Below are positions 1-9,185 of a DNA stretch of 59,756 nt, piece after piece. The notes below the pieces were generated by a model that had not been told where the DNA came from, ran no database searches, and saw nothing but the letters and a program-made list of their open reading frames with translations. Origin of the DNA: a candidate division FCPU426 bacterium (GTDB lineage: Bacteria > Oederibacteriota > Muellerivitia > Muellerivitales > Muellerivitaceae). The stretch's first letter is position 1. Each line of letters opens with the position of its first letter. The position numbers and the translations under genes are program-made. The stretch spans positions 1-59,756 of the forward strand of contig CAWKIY010000056.1 of NCBI GenBank assembly GCA_963849245.1. The letters are read 5' to 3'.

Positions 1-1
1 C

Positions 2-2035
2 GCATTCTACCCTTTTAATTACCTGACCCTACCTTTTTCAGTGCCTTATGGACTGGGAGTCTTCTTTTTTCTTCACGCCTTTTGGTCCGCTTGCGGAATG
101 CATCTGTGGTTACGCTCCCTCAACCTTTCTTCCAACGCCTGCCGGGTCGGGGCGATTCTTTTCGCCTTTTCTAATTTTTTCTGGCTGGAAATCATTCACC
201 CGCCTGTCATCGCGGCCTTCGCCTGGCTCCCCTGGCTTTTCGCGTCGGTGGAAAACCTGAGTCAAAACCCCAAACCTCGAAACGCTTTTTACGCCGGTTT
301 GGCTTTCGCCATGCTTTTTCTCTGCGGCAGTTTTCAAATAACCGTCGGGGCCCTTTACGCCGCCGCGTTTTATTTTCTTTTCTCACAATTGAAAAATAGA
401 CCCTTAAAATCTTTCTCCAACAAAAGCCGCTTCTCTCTCGCCTTGTTTATACTCTGGGGGCTTCTTCCTTTATTCGGTCAATTGATACCGACGCTGGAAT
501 TTTCCGCTCTAACCGAACGCCGGACGCCCAATCAATCTTATGAAGAGTTCAATGGAAACTTAGCGCTGAAGCCCGCCACCCTTTATCAATTGATTCTTCC
601 AAGGATAAGCCTTCGAAAGGATCAAACCATTGATGAGGCTCTGCTGGATACTCACGGCGATCCCAAAAGCCCTCCGACCCTTGTCGGAAATTTGGGTTAT
701 CTTGGAGTTTTTCTTCCTTTCCTAATTTTCCTGGCTTATCAAGATAAAGAAAAAAAGAGCGTTTATTTTCTTTCAGGTCTTGGCCTTTTTTCACTTCTGC
801 TTTGTTTTGGGAAATTCACTCCTCTTCACCGCTGGGTCTGCGACCTCTTGCCGGGATTTTCCCTGATCCGGGTGCCATTTCGGTTTATTTACCTTTACGT
901 TTTAGCCACGGCTGCCTTGGCCGCTTTTGGCTTCGCGGCTTGGGAAACAGCGATGAAAAAAGCGGATAACCGGCGGAAGGTGTTAATCACGGGAAGCATT
1001 TATCTTTTTCTGGCTTATCTTGCGGCGCTTATCAACCCCGCTCAAACTTGGGCCGAATTGGTTTCACTCGCGCTCGGCGCCGCTGCACTAGCGTTGGCGG
1101 CCTGGAAACCCTCCCAAATTAAAAAGGCTTCCCGCCTTTTGGCGGCATCCCTCGTCCTCCCCTTATTTCTCACCGGCTTGACCGATTTCAAAACCGCGCC
1201 CGCTTCTAATTTTGATTATGAAAAAAATTCCTTTTCACTTTCCCAAATTCAAAAACAGATGGGTCCTTTCCGGGTCGTTTTTGACAACGCCCATATGGCT
1301 TACCCGATTAACCATGAGGGACGGATGGATGTGGAGGTTTATCCTCAAAATGCCTCCTGCGTTTTAGGCCTCAAGGATAACGGCGGCTATAATCCGTTGA
1401 TTTTAAACAGTAAGAAAGACCTTCAGGACTTACCCCTCACGGCTTTGATTCATATCGGGGCGGTCGGTGGCATTGTTTCCGGAGTGGATCACGGCCCGAT
1501 CCCCGGTTTTTATTTGAAATCCCTGCCGCCTTTCTTCTTGCACCAAACCAACCAGCCGCCCCTTTATGTCTTCGCTCCCGGCTCCGTGGAGGTTGTCGAG
1601 GACCGGGAAAACCGCCTGAAAAAGCTCAAAAATCCCGGTTATGACCCCTATCAACTGACTCTTCTTTCCGAACCCCTGCCGCCCACGGCCGCCGGAACCC
1701 TCTCCGCCCAAAAAATTCAACTTCGTTACCAGATTCAGCAAGACGGACCCTCAGAACAAAAATACCAGGTGGAGGCTGACCACAATTGCGTGGCGGTTTT
1801 CGCCGAAACGATGTTCCCCGGATGGAAAGCTTTCGTGGACGGCCAGCCTTCCCCGCTTTTCACCGCTGATCACGTTTTAAGGGCGCTTTATCTGCCGGCG
1901 GGACCGCATCGGGTTGAGTTTAAATACGAGCCCTTCTGGTGGCGGCCGATCCAAGCGGGTTCGGCTCTCTGGCTTCTCATCACTTTAGGTTTTCTTCTCA
2001 AAACAAAATCCGCTTCCGGGAAAAACCATGCGTAA
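2..2035 (+). CDS. YfhO-type polytopic membrane protein (putative glycan/lipid-linked sugar transferase), 5' end cut by window
   Basis: Frame is open from nt 2 (AFYPFNYLTLPFS precedes the listed GTG at 41). Many hydrophobic segments. C-terminal FPGWKAFVDGQ...GPHRVEFKYEP block is typical of the YfhO family. Paralog of 3772..6183. Confidence 0.75.
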   Translation, partial: AFYPFNYLTLPFSVPYGLGVFFFLHAFWSACGMHLWLRSLNLSSNACRVGAILFAFSNFFWLEIIHPPVIAAFAWLPWLFASVENLSQNPKPRNAFYAGLAFAMLFLCGSFQITVGALYAAAFYFLFSQLKNRPLKSFSNKSRFSLALFILWGLLPLFGQLIPTLEFSALTERRTPNQSYEEFNGNLALKPATLYQLILPRISLRKDQTIDEALLDTHGDPKSPPTLVGNLGYLGVFLPFLIFLAYQDKEKKSVYFLSGLGLFSLLLCFGKFTPLHRWVCDLLPGFSLIRVPFRFIYLYVLATAALAAFGFAAWETAMKKADNRRKVLITGSIYLFLAYLAALINPAQTWAELVSLALGAAALALAAWKPSQIKKASRLLAASLVLPLFLTGLTDFKTAPASNFDYEKNSFSLSQIQKQMGPFRVVFDNAHMAYPINHEGRMDVEVYPQNASCVLGLKDNGGYNPLILNSKKDLQDLPLTALIHIGAVGGIVSGVDHGPIPGFYLKSLPPFFLHQTNQPPLYVFAPGSVEVVEDRENRLKKLKNPGYDPYQLTLLSEPLPPTAAGTLSAQKIQLRYQIQQDGPSEQKYQVEADHNCVAVFAETMFPGWKAFVDGQPSPLFTADHVLRALYLPAGPHRVEFKYEPFWWRPIQAGSALWLLITLGFLLKTKSASGKNHA

Positions 2036-2888
2036 TGTTCTTCTTTCTGCGCTTAAAGAAACCCATCACCGGCTGGGCGGCCGGGGCTTGGGAAAAATAA
2101 AAATACTCAAAGACGCCTATGAGTTTTTCTTCCAACTCTTCAGACCCCGCTTGGTCCTGGTGCAGGGCCACCGGATGTGGCTGGACGAAAAAGACACATT
2201 GGAACTGGCTACACGGGAAATTTACGAGCCTTTAGAAACTGAAATTTTTAAACAAGAGATAAAGCCGGGTCAAACCGTTTTGGACATTGGAGCCAACATA
2301 GGCTATTACACCTTGATTGCCGCGAAGCTGGTAGGACCCGGCGGACGGGTTTACGCTTTTGAGCCGGACCCGGCCAATTTCCAATTGTTGAAAAAGAACG
2401 TCGAACAAAACGGCTATGAGAATGTCACCTTGGTGAACCGCGCAGTCGCCGACCGCAATGGCTCCGCAAAACTTTACCTGAACGAAACGAATAAGGGCGA
2501 TCATCGCATTTACGATTCCAAAGACGGACGGCCTTCGATTACTATTCAGATGATCCGGCTGGACGAATTTTTTAAAAAAATAGACAAGAAGGTTCATTTC
2601 ATTAAAATGGATATCCAAGGCGCGGAAGCCGCCGCGTTGAACGGAATGAAAGGCCTCATCCGCCGAAATCGGCCTTTGAAGCTGGTAAGTGAGTTTTCCC
2701 CGGGCAGTCTAAAACTCTTTAAACAGGACCCTTGGAAGTACCTTCAAACCCTTCAAAAACTGGGGTTTAAACTTTCCGAAATTTCAGAAAGTGAAAAATC
2801 GATTAAGCCTTTTCGGTTATCCGCCTTGAAACGCCGTTTGACCGACGATAGTAACGATTACACTAATTTGTTTTGCCTTAAAAAATAA
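2028..2888 (+). CDS. FkbM-family SAM-dependent methyltransferase
   Basis: VLDIGANIGYYTL SAM-binding motif, then VYAFEPDPANFQLLKKNVEQNGYENVTLVNRAVADRNGSAKLYL, typical of FkbM domains. Overlaps the upstream stop by 8 nt. Confidence 0.8.
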   Translation: MRNVLLSALKETHHRLGGRGLGKIKILKDAYEFFFQLFRPRLVLVQGHRMWLDEKDTLELATREIYEPLETEIFKQEIKPGQTVLDIGANIGYYTLIAAKLVGPGGRVYAFEPDPANFQLLKKNVEQNGYENVTLVNRAVADRNGSAKLYLNETNKGDHRIYDSKDGRPSITIQMIRLDEFFKKIDKKVHFIKMDIQGAEAAALNGMKGLIRRNRPLKLVSEFSPGSLKLFKQDPWKYLQTLQKLGFKLSEISESEKSIKPFRLSALKRRLTDDSNDYTNLFCLKK

Positions 2889-2903
2889 TCTCAAAGGACT
2901 CTT

Positions 2904-3800
2904 ATGCTGACCCAGAACCAGTTCGTGCGTTCCCATGGCTTGGGCAACGACTATATCGTGATGGATCCGGCCTCCCTTTCGTTTAAGTTGACCCCCGCGA
3001 ATATCATCCGCATTTGCAACCGTAACACCGGTGTCGGGTCCGATGGCATCCTGGCCCTGGAAAAGTCCTCCTCATCTGAGGCGAAACTCCGTATTTATAA
3101 TCCGGACGGCAGTGAGGCTGAAAAAAGCGGTAATGGCCTTCGCATTTTTTGCAAATTCCTGTTTGAGCACGGCTATACCGAAAAATCCTTCTTTGAGATT
3201 GAAACCGCCGGCGGCAAAGTGCAGGCCCAGCTCCACTTGGTTCTTGGCAAGGCCCCCACGGTCACGGTAGAAATGGGAAAGGCGACTTTTGATTCGGCCA
3301 TCATCCCCGTTTCGGGCTTTACCGGGGAAGTGGTGGAAAAAAAGCTGAAGTTGGAAAAAGCGGGTAAAGAACTGACCGTTACCTGCGTTTCGGTTGGCAA
3401 TCCCCATTGCGTGGTCTTTTATGATGATATTGAGGCCGCTGAGAAGGATATCCATGTTCTTGGCACCTTATTGGAAAATCATCCCCAGTTCCCCAACCGC
3501 AGCAATGTTCAGTTTGCTAAAGTGGAGAACAGCAAGGAAGTCTCCATCCGTATTTGGGAAAGAGGCGCCGGTTATACCTTGGCCTCCGGCTCTTCCTCTT
3601 GCGCGGTAGCCGCCGCCTGCGTCAAGACCAAGCGCACCGGCGGGGATTTAACCCTTCACATGCCCGGCGGAGATTTATCCTTAAAAGTAAGCGAGCATTT
3701 CGATTTGACCATGCGGGGTCCGGTGGAAGAAATCTGCGTGGGAACCGTCACGGGAGAACTGCTGACCACTCTTGAAAAAAACGCGTCCTCCAAAGTCTAA
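2904..3800 (+). CDS. dapF: Diaminopimelate epimerase family protein (DapF-like); both catalytic Cys positions are Ser
   Basis: Family motifs GLGNDY, NPDGSE..GNG, VGNPHCV, FPNRSNV and WERGAG are all present. The two thiol positions read KSGNG (AGC at 3126-3128) and LASGSS (TCC at 3585-3587) instead of CGNG and ACG(S/T)G. Confidence 0.7.
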   Translation: MLTQNQFVRSHGLGNDYIVMDPASLSFKLTPANIIRICNRNTGVGSDGILALEKSSSSEAKLRIYNPDGSEAEKSGNGLRIFCKFLFEHGYTEKSFFEIETAGGKVQAQLHLVLGKAPTVTVEMGKATFDSAIIPVSGFTGEVVEKKLKLEKAGKELTVTCVSVGNPHCVVFYDDIEAAEKDIHVLGTLLENHPQFPNRSNVQFAKVENSKEVSIRIWERGAGYTLASGSSSCAVAAACVKTKRTGGDLTLHMPGGDLSLKVSEHFDLTMRGPVEEICVGTVTGELLTTLEKNASSKV

Positions 3801-6183
3801 GCCCTCTCAAACCTCTCAGTCCTTCTTTCAAAAAGAAGGACTGCCGCTTTTAGTTTTAACCCTTTCTCTTTTCATTTGTTTCAAAGATTGGCTGCATCTT
3901 CAAACCAAAATTTTCCTGTCGTTGGATTTAACCGTTATTTATTACCCGCTCTTTCACTGGGTTCACGATCACCTGACCCAGGGCCGTTTACCCCTGATTT
4001 CCGATTGGGCCTATCATGGGGCCCCCGTAGCCGCTGTTTCTATGGTGGGAGTGCTTTCCCCTGTATTAGGATTTTTTCACCTCCTCTCTTCCTTTCCACT
4101 TCTCTTCAACCTAAGTTTTCTTTTTCCTTTTTTCATGTATGTTTTTGGGGCCTACTTCTTGGGCCGGGAGCTGAAGCTTTCCTCGGGCGCTTCCATCCTG
4201 CTGGCTTTTCTTTGGGGTTACAACGGGCATCAAATGGCCCAATTGGACCATCTCAATGTCGCTTGGGCCCACGCTTTCTTCCCTTGGGCCTTTCTGGCCC
4301 TCCTGCATTATCTGGAGCAAAACAAGTTTTTTTGGCTTTTACTGGCTTCGCTTCTATGGGGACTGAATCTCTTTTCCGGTCATCCTCAGGTTTTCTTTCT
4401 CGAGGGACTTTTCTTTATTTTCTGGGCGCTCTTTTACCCTTCTCAAAATCTAATGAAAAGGAGCAAGGCGGTCTCCCAATTGGCACTGGGGGCTTTTGTT
4501 TTCGCCTCGCCTTTGATTCTTTTTACCGGCGAATGCCTGGGAAGCGACGGCACTCGTTTTGAATGGAGCGCCATTGACCGCACCTTTCATTCCTGGACCC
4601 CCGCTAACTTCATTACCCTGATCTTCCCCTGGTTTTTCGGCCGGGATTCCTACGACCGGCAGGGTTCGGATTACTGGTGGCAATATCAATTTGTGGAGAT
4701 GCAGGTGGCTTTCTCGGTGGTGGGCCTTTTCTTTATCCTCCTCTTTTTCCACGCCCGCAAACCCCAAACCCGCTGGCTTGGCGCGACCGCTCTTTTTGGG
4801 CTTTTCATGGCTTTTGGAAAGTTTTTATTCGTTTATCCTCTGATTCAATCCCTTCCCTTTTTCTCCCTCTTCCGGGACCCGGCCCGCTACTGGTTTTTAG
4901 CCACCTGGGCCTTAGGACTGGGCGCGGCTTATGCCTGGGACGAATGGTTTGAGAAGAACCCGCCTCTTTTAAAAGGACGCCGGTTATCCCTTGGACTTTT
5001 GTTTCTTTCCGTCTTCTTCATCTTTGCCGGATGGGTCTTTTTAACCTGGGGCCAATCTCTTTTACAATCGCTATGCGCTTGGATGATTCAACATTTCTTA
5101 TTGGGCGACTCGCTTCATACCCAGCCGCTGACCGCTTATCTGGACCGCCTTCCCGAAAAGCTGGGCGACTTGGCGATAAACCTCAATCCCCAAAACTTCC
5201 GGATCTATTTGCCCTTGATCATTCTTGTCGGATTAGCGGGAGTGGTTGCCAAAAGAAAAACCTGGAATCTTTCCTTTCAAAAAAGTCTTCTGTTGGTTTT
5301 AGTGTTTGTGGACCTAATGGCGTTCCGTATGCCGCTGGGCAATTCTTTTTATTCCCCGTCGGACATTCCCCAAACCCAGCTGCCGGCGGCGGCCAATCGC
5401 ACTCTGCCCCTGATCTTCAATACCAACTCTCCCCTTCCCGCCCAATACGGTGAATTCGCCTTTCCCAACATGAATTGGGTTTCAGGCCGTGCCTGCCTGC
5501 CTTTTGACGCGAACCCCGCCTTGGGCCGCTACAACGAGCTTTCCAGCCGATTGGGCTGGTTCTCCTGGGTTTACAAGGACCGCGATTATCTGGGTTTTAC
5601 CCACCGGCTTCATTTGATGCGGGCGCTGGGACTGGACCAGGTGATTTCCGACACCTCTCTAAAACTCCCGAAAGCGTTTAAAACCGTCCGCAAAGAGTCG
5701 CCTTTTGTTTATTCGCTTTCCGGCATTCAACCGAAAGCTTTTCTCGTGGATCAAGTTCAAATCGCTGCTTGGCCCGGTTCCATTGATCTTTTTGAATCCC
5801 CGGATTTTAATTCCTCCCGAAAAGTCATACTGGATTCATCGCTGGACTTCCCTCTGCCCGCCGACCCGGCCAAAACCTTGCCGTCGCCTCAAATCAACCG
5901 CTGGAACGAGACCCGTATTTCCCTCACAGTGGAAACCACCCAACCCTCGCTTCTTGTCCTTCAAAAAACATTCCTGCCCGGCTGGAAAGCTCGGGTGAAC
6001 GACGCTCCCGTGAAACCCCTTCGCGGCGATTTTGTTTTAACCGCCATACCCCTCTCCGTTGGGGCCCAACGGGTGGAACTTTCATTTGAACCTGTTAGTT
6101 TGCGGCTGGGCTTTTTCTTTTTCCTGGTTTTTTGCGGAACTTTCGGCTTTTTTCTTTTACGCCGCCTGCTTGAGTCCCTGTAG
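3772..6183 (+). CDS. YfhO-type polytopic membrane protein (second paralog)
   Basis: Many TM segments. C-terminal FLPGWKARVNDAPV...GAQRVELSFEP block matches the first paralog. TTG start overlaps the dapF-like gene by 29 nt; the start is uncertain. Confidence 0.7.
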   Translation: MKKTRPPKSKPSQTSQSFFQKEGLPLLVLTLSLFICFKDWLHLQTKIFLSLDLTVIYYPLFHWVHDHLTQGRLPLISDWAYHGAPVAAVSMVGVLSPVLGFFHLLSSFPLLFNLSFLFPFFMYVFGAYFLGRELKLSSGASILLAFLWGYNGHQMAQLDHLNVAWAHAFFPWAFLALLHYLEQNKFFWLLLASLLWGLNLFSGHPQVFFLEGLFFIFWALFYPSQNLMKRSKAVSQLALGAFVFASPLILFTGECLGSDGTRFEWSAIDRTFHSWTPANFITLIFPWFFGRDSYDRQGSDYWWQYQFVEMQVAFSVVGLFFILLFFHARKPQTRWLGATALFGLFMAFGKFLFVYPLIQSLPFFSLFRDPARYWFLATWALGLGAAYAWDEWFEKNPPLLKGRRLSLGLLFLSVFFIFAGWVFLTWGQSLLQSLCAWMIQHFLLGDSLHTQPLTAYLDRLPEKLGDLAINLNPQNFRIYLPLIILVGLAGVVAKRKTWNLSFQKSLLLVLVFVDLMAFRMPLGNSFYSPSDIPQTQLPAAANRTLPLIFNTNSPLPAQYGEFAFPNMNWVSGRACLPFDANPALGRYNELSSRLGWFSWVYKDRDYLGFTHRLHLMRALGLDQVISDTSLKLPKAFKTVRKESPFVYSLSGIQPKAFLVDQVQIAAWPGSIDLFESPDFNSSRKVILDSSLDFPLPADPAKTLPSPQINRWNETRISLTVETTQPSLLVLQKTFLPGWKARVNDAPVKPLRGDFVLTAIPLSVGAQRVELSFEPVSLRLGFFFFLVFCGTFGFFLLRRLLESL

Positions 6184-6228
6184 CAAAGAACCTACAATGC
6201 CCTCCTAATTTTATTAAGGAGGCCTCCC

Positions 6229-6669
6229 GTGCCCGTTCAAGAAGGAAGTCCCGCTCCCAATTTCAGCCTAAAATCGACCGATGGAAGCATCGTTGAACTT
6301 TCCCGCTTTAAGGGAAAAAAGAACGTCGTACTCTACTTTTATCCTAAGGATGACACTCCGGGATGTACCAAGGAAGCCTGCAGCTTCCGGGACGATATTT
6401 CCCATATTGTGGCGAAAGACGCCGTTGTTTTGGGCGTTTCGGTTGATGATACGACCAGCCACCAAGCCTTCACTTCGAAGTTTAATTTGAACTTTCCGCT
6501 TTTGTCGGACCTGGATGGCGAAGTCTCCAAGGCCTACGACGCTTATAATCCGGAAAAGAAAATGAGCCGCCGGGTAACCGCTGTGATTGATAAGGATGGG
6601 AAGATTAAGAAGTTCTTTCCCCAGGTCAATCCTGACGGGCACAGCCAGGAAGTATTAGCCGCGTTATAA
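6229..6669 (+). CDS. bcp: Thioredoxin-dependent peroxiredoxin Bcp
   Basis: YFYPKDDTPGCTKEACSFRD carries the peroxidatic and resolving Cys. AAGGAGG lies 6 nt before the GTG start. Confidence 0.85.
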   Translation: MPVQEGSPAPNFSLKSTDGSIVELSRFKGKKNVVLYFYPKDDTPGCTKEACSFRDDISHIVAKDAVVLGVSVDDTTSHQAFTSKFNLNFPLLSDLDGEVSKAYDAYNPEKKMSRRVTAVIDKDGKIKKFFPQVNPDGHSQEVLAAL

Positions 6670-6679
6670 AAGCGAAACC

Positions 6680-6780
6680 GAACCCCGAAGGGCACCAAGG
6701 ACACGAAGTAAGATCCACAATGTCTCAATCTTCTTCTCTCTGTTTTTTGAACTTAGTGTTCTTTGTGACCTTTGTGGTTC
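6680..6780. repeat. Imperfect inverted-repeat element built from GNCACNAAG-like units (diverged relative of 17616..17800)
   Basis: Left arm gaaccccgaagggcaccaaggacacgaagtaag (6680-6712). Right arm acttagtgttctttgtgacctttgtggttc (6751-6780). About 24 of 30 positions are complementary, with the same GAACC/GGTTC termini as the other element. Confidence 0.4.
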
Positions 6781-6815
6781 AAATATTTTGAAAATAAAAA
6801 CCGAAAGGCAACCTC

Positions 6816-8504
6816 ATGAAAAATAAACTCAACCAACGCTCCTCAATGGTAACCGAAGGCGATAAGCGGGCGCCAAACCGCGCCATGATGCGCACCGTTG
6901 GATTCAAGGACGGGGACTTCGTGAAACCCATTATTGGAATCGCCTCCGCCTGGAGCGAAATCACTCCCTGCAATATGCACCTGAACGAACTGGCCGAAAG
7001 AACCAAAGCGGGAATCCAAGCCGCCAACGGCATGGGCCAGACCTTCGGCACCATCACTGTTTCTGACGGTATCGCGATGGGGCACGAGGGCATGAAGTTT
7101 TCCTTAGTCTCGCGGGAAGTTATCGCCGACTCCGTGGAAGTGGTTTCCTCTGCCCAGCGTTTTGATGGGGTAATCACCATCGGCGGCTGCGACAAGAATA
7201 TTCCCGGAGCCATGATGGGTATCGGCCGTCTCAATATCCCATCGGTCTTCATTTACGGCGGAACCATTATGCCAGGCCATTTCCAGGGCAAAGAGCTGGA
7301 TATTGTCTCGGTATTCGAAGCGGTAGGCCAATACAGCGCGGGAAAAATTGACGCGCAGCGCCTCAAGGATATTGAGTGCAACGCCTGCCCTACTGCCGGT
7401 TCTTGCGGCGGTATGTACACGGCCAACACCATGGCCTCTGCCGTTGAGGCGCTGGGTATGACCCTGCCCCACGATTCCTGCCAACCCGCCATAGGCGAGC
7501 CCAAACGCTTAATTTGCGACCGCGCCGGCGCGGCGGTGATTGAGATGATCAAGAACGATATCCGCCCCAAGGACATCATGACCAAAAAAGCCTTCGAGAA
7601 CGCCATCACCGTGGCCATGGTCTTGGGCGGATCCACCAACGTCGTACTGCATTTGATCGCCATCGCCAAGTCCATTGGCGTGAAACTCACCATCGACGAT
7701 TTCGACCGCATCAGCAAAAAAGTCCCTCATTTGGCGGACTTGAAACCCAGCGGCAAATACGTGGCTGCGGACCTCGACCGCATCGGCGGCATCCCAGCGG
7801 TCATGAAGATGCTGCTGGAAGCTAAAATGATACACGGCGACTGCCTGACCGTGACGGGCAAAACCGTGCGGGAAAACTTGAAGGAGGCGGCGCCTCTTTC
7901 TAAGAACCAGCCCATTATCCGGCCCCTGAATAATCCCCTTCACCCCACCGGTCCTATGGTTATCTTGAAAGGCAACCTGGCCCCGGAAGGTGCGGTCGCT
8001 AAGATTTCAGGCCTCAAGGTAATTACCCATACCGGCCCCGCCAAGGTGTTTAACGGCGAGGAAGCCTCTTTTGAGGCCATTCAGAAGAAAAAGATTAAGG
8101 CGGGAGACGTGGTGGTTATCCGCTACGAGGGACCAAAAGGCGGACCCGGCATGAGGGAAATGCTGGCTATTACAGCCGCTCTCGTCGGGCAAGGCCTGGG
8201 CGAAAGCGTCGGTCTGATTACGGACGGCCGCTTCTCCGGAGGCACCCACGGCCTGGTCGTGGGCCATATCACCCCCGAAGCCCAAGTCGGAGGGCCCATC
8301 GGCCTGATTAAAGACGGGGATATGATCACTATCGACGCCAAGAAAAAAAAGCTGGACCTCCACGTAACCGCGGCGGAACTTAAGAAACGCCGTAAAAAGT
8401 GGAAGCCCATCTCAAATCCTTATCCTAAAGGAGTTCTGGGCAAATATGTCCATCTCGTTTCCTCGGCAAGTGAGGGAGCGGTCACCGATGAGTTTAAAAA
8501 ATAG
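6816..8504 (+). CDS. ilvD: Dihydroxy-acid dehydratase
   Basis: Full-length match to IlvD hallmarks: [39 protein letters not shown]. Confidence 0.95.
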   Translation: MKNKLNQRSSMVTEGDKRAPNRAMMRTVGFKDGDFVKPIIGIASAWSEITPCNMHLNELAERTKAGIQAANGMGQTFGTITVSDGIAMGHEGMKFSLVSREVIADSVEVVSSAQRFDGVITIGGCDKNIPGAMMGIGRLNIPSVFIYGGTIMPGHFQGKELDIVSVFEAVGQYSAGKIDAQRLKDIECNACPTAGSCGGMYTANTMASAVEALGMTLPHDSCQPAIGEPKRLICDRAGAAVIEMIKNDIRPKDIMTKKAFENAITVAMVLGGSTNVVLHLIAIAKSIGVKLTIDDFDRISKKVPHLADLKPSGKYVAADLDRIGGIPAVMKMLLEAKMIHGDCLTVTGKTVRENLKEAAPLSKNQPIIRPLNNPLHPTGPMVILKGNLAPEGAVAKISGLKVITHTGPAKVFNGEEASFEAIQKKKIKAGDVVVIRYEGPKGGPGMREMLAITAALVGQGLGESVGLITDGRFSGGTHGLVVGHITPEAQVGGPIGLIKDGDMITIDAKKKKLDLHVTAAELKKRRKKWKPISNPYPKGVLGKYVHLVSSASEGAVTDEFKK

Positions 8505-8587
8505 CTCCCGAAATCCCCTTTTGGGGAATGAGGATCCGGTTGAAAAGTAATACTTAAGAGGGCTAAAAAAGGCTGTAAAACAAAAAA

Positions 8588-8618
8588 GCCGTTCCTCGCG
8601 GGAGGAACGGCTTTTTTT
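8588..8618 (+). terminator. Rho-independent terminator after ilvD
   Basis: gccgttcctc / gaggaacggc stem with a short loop, followed by TTTTTTT. Confidence 0.75.
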
Positions 8619-8663
8619 ATGTATTTTTTAACGAAAAGTGAGATTTTAACGCTTCATTTAGGC

Positions 8664-8700
8664 AAAAAAAATCGGATGGACCCTTGCGGATCCATCCGAT
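8664..8700 (-). terminator. Rho-independent terminator after the small Lys/Ala-rich gene
   Basis: atcggatgga ... tccatccgat 10-bp stem. On the minus strand it is followed by a 7-nt U run (complement of the A run at 8664-8670). Confidence 0.7.
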
Positions 8701-8755
8701 AATTTTGAAGTTTCAGGTTATCAAACCTGAAACCAACACAGACTAGGCGCCGTAA

Positions 8756-8959
8756 TTACTTGGCGGCCGGAGTCGTGGAAGCAGCCGGAGCAGTCGTAGC
8801 AGCGGCAGTCTTCTTGGCCTTCTTCGCCTTCTTAGCCTTCTTAGCCTTCGCAACCTTCGCAACTGGGGTGGTGGCAGGGGCAGCGGCCATATCATCAGCC
8901 ATCGCAACGCCAGTTCCCACGAACAACACGGTCATCAAAGCAGCAATAAAACGCTTCAT
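8756..8959 (-). CDS. Small secreted Ala/Lys/Thr-rich basic protein (67 aa)
   Basis: AAGGAGG lies 6 nt upstream of the ATG at 8959. Signal peptide MKRFIAALMTVLFVGTGVAMA is followed by AKVAKAKKAKKAKKAKK and an Ala/Thr/Pro tail. The ORF-track start at 9064 is an over-extension. Confidence 0.6.
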   Translation of the reverse strand: MKRFIAALMTVLFVGTGVAMADDMAAAPATTPVAKVAKAKKAKKAKKAKKTAAATTAPAASTTPAAK

Positions 8960-9185
8960 GCACATCCTCCTTAAATTTAAAAATAGCGGTACCGCTATTC
9001 TTATCAACAAACCCATCGCCAAACACCCAAGTGTCAGGTCGATTAAAGCGCACATTCTATGCACAGCTTATGGAGAATTCAACATTTTTAATCATCAAAA
9101 GGCCTTTGTTTTTGTTGAGTTTATTGACTTTTAAGGTTCGTTTTAAGGCTTTTTTAGGTAAGCCTTGAATTAAGAAAACAAGCGG

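Noticed and set aside
6720-6791. Possible Val/Phe/Leu-rich leader peptide (MSQSSSLCFLNLVFFVTFVVQIF) overlapping the hairpin upstream of ilvD, as a branched-chain amino-acid attenuator.
   Set aside because: There is no Shine-Dalgarno sequence. The hydrophobic codons come from translating the repeat arm, and a related arm occurs at 17771-17796 with no ilv context. No alternative antiterminator pairing is evident. It is more likely a by-product of the repeat element.
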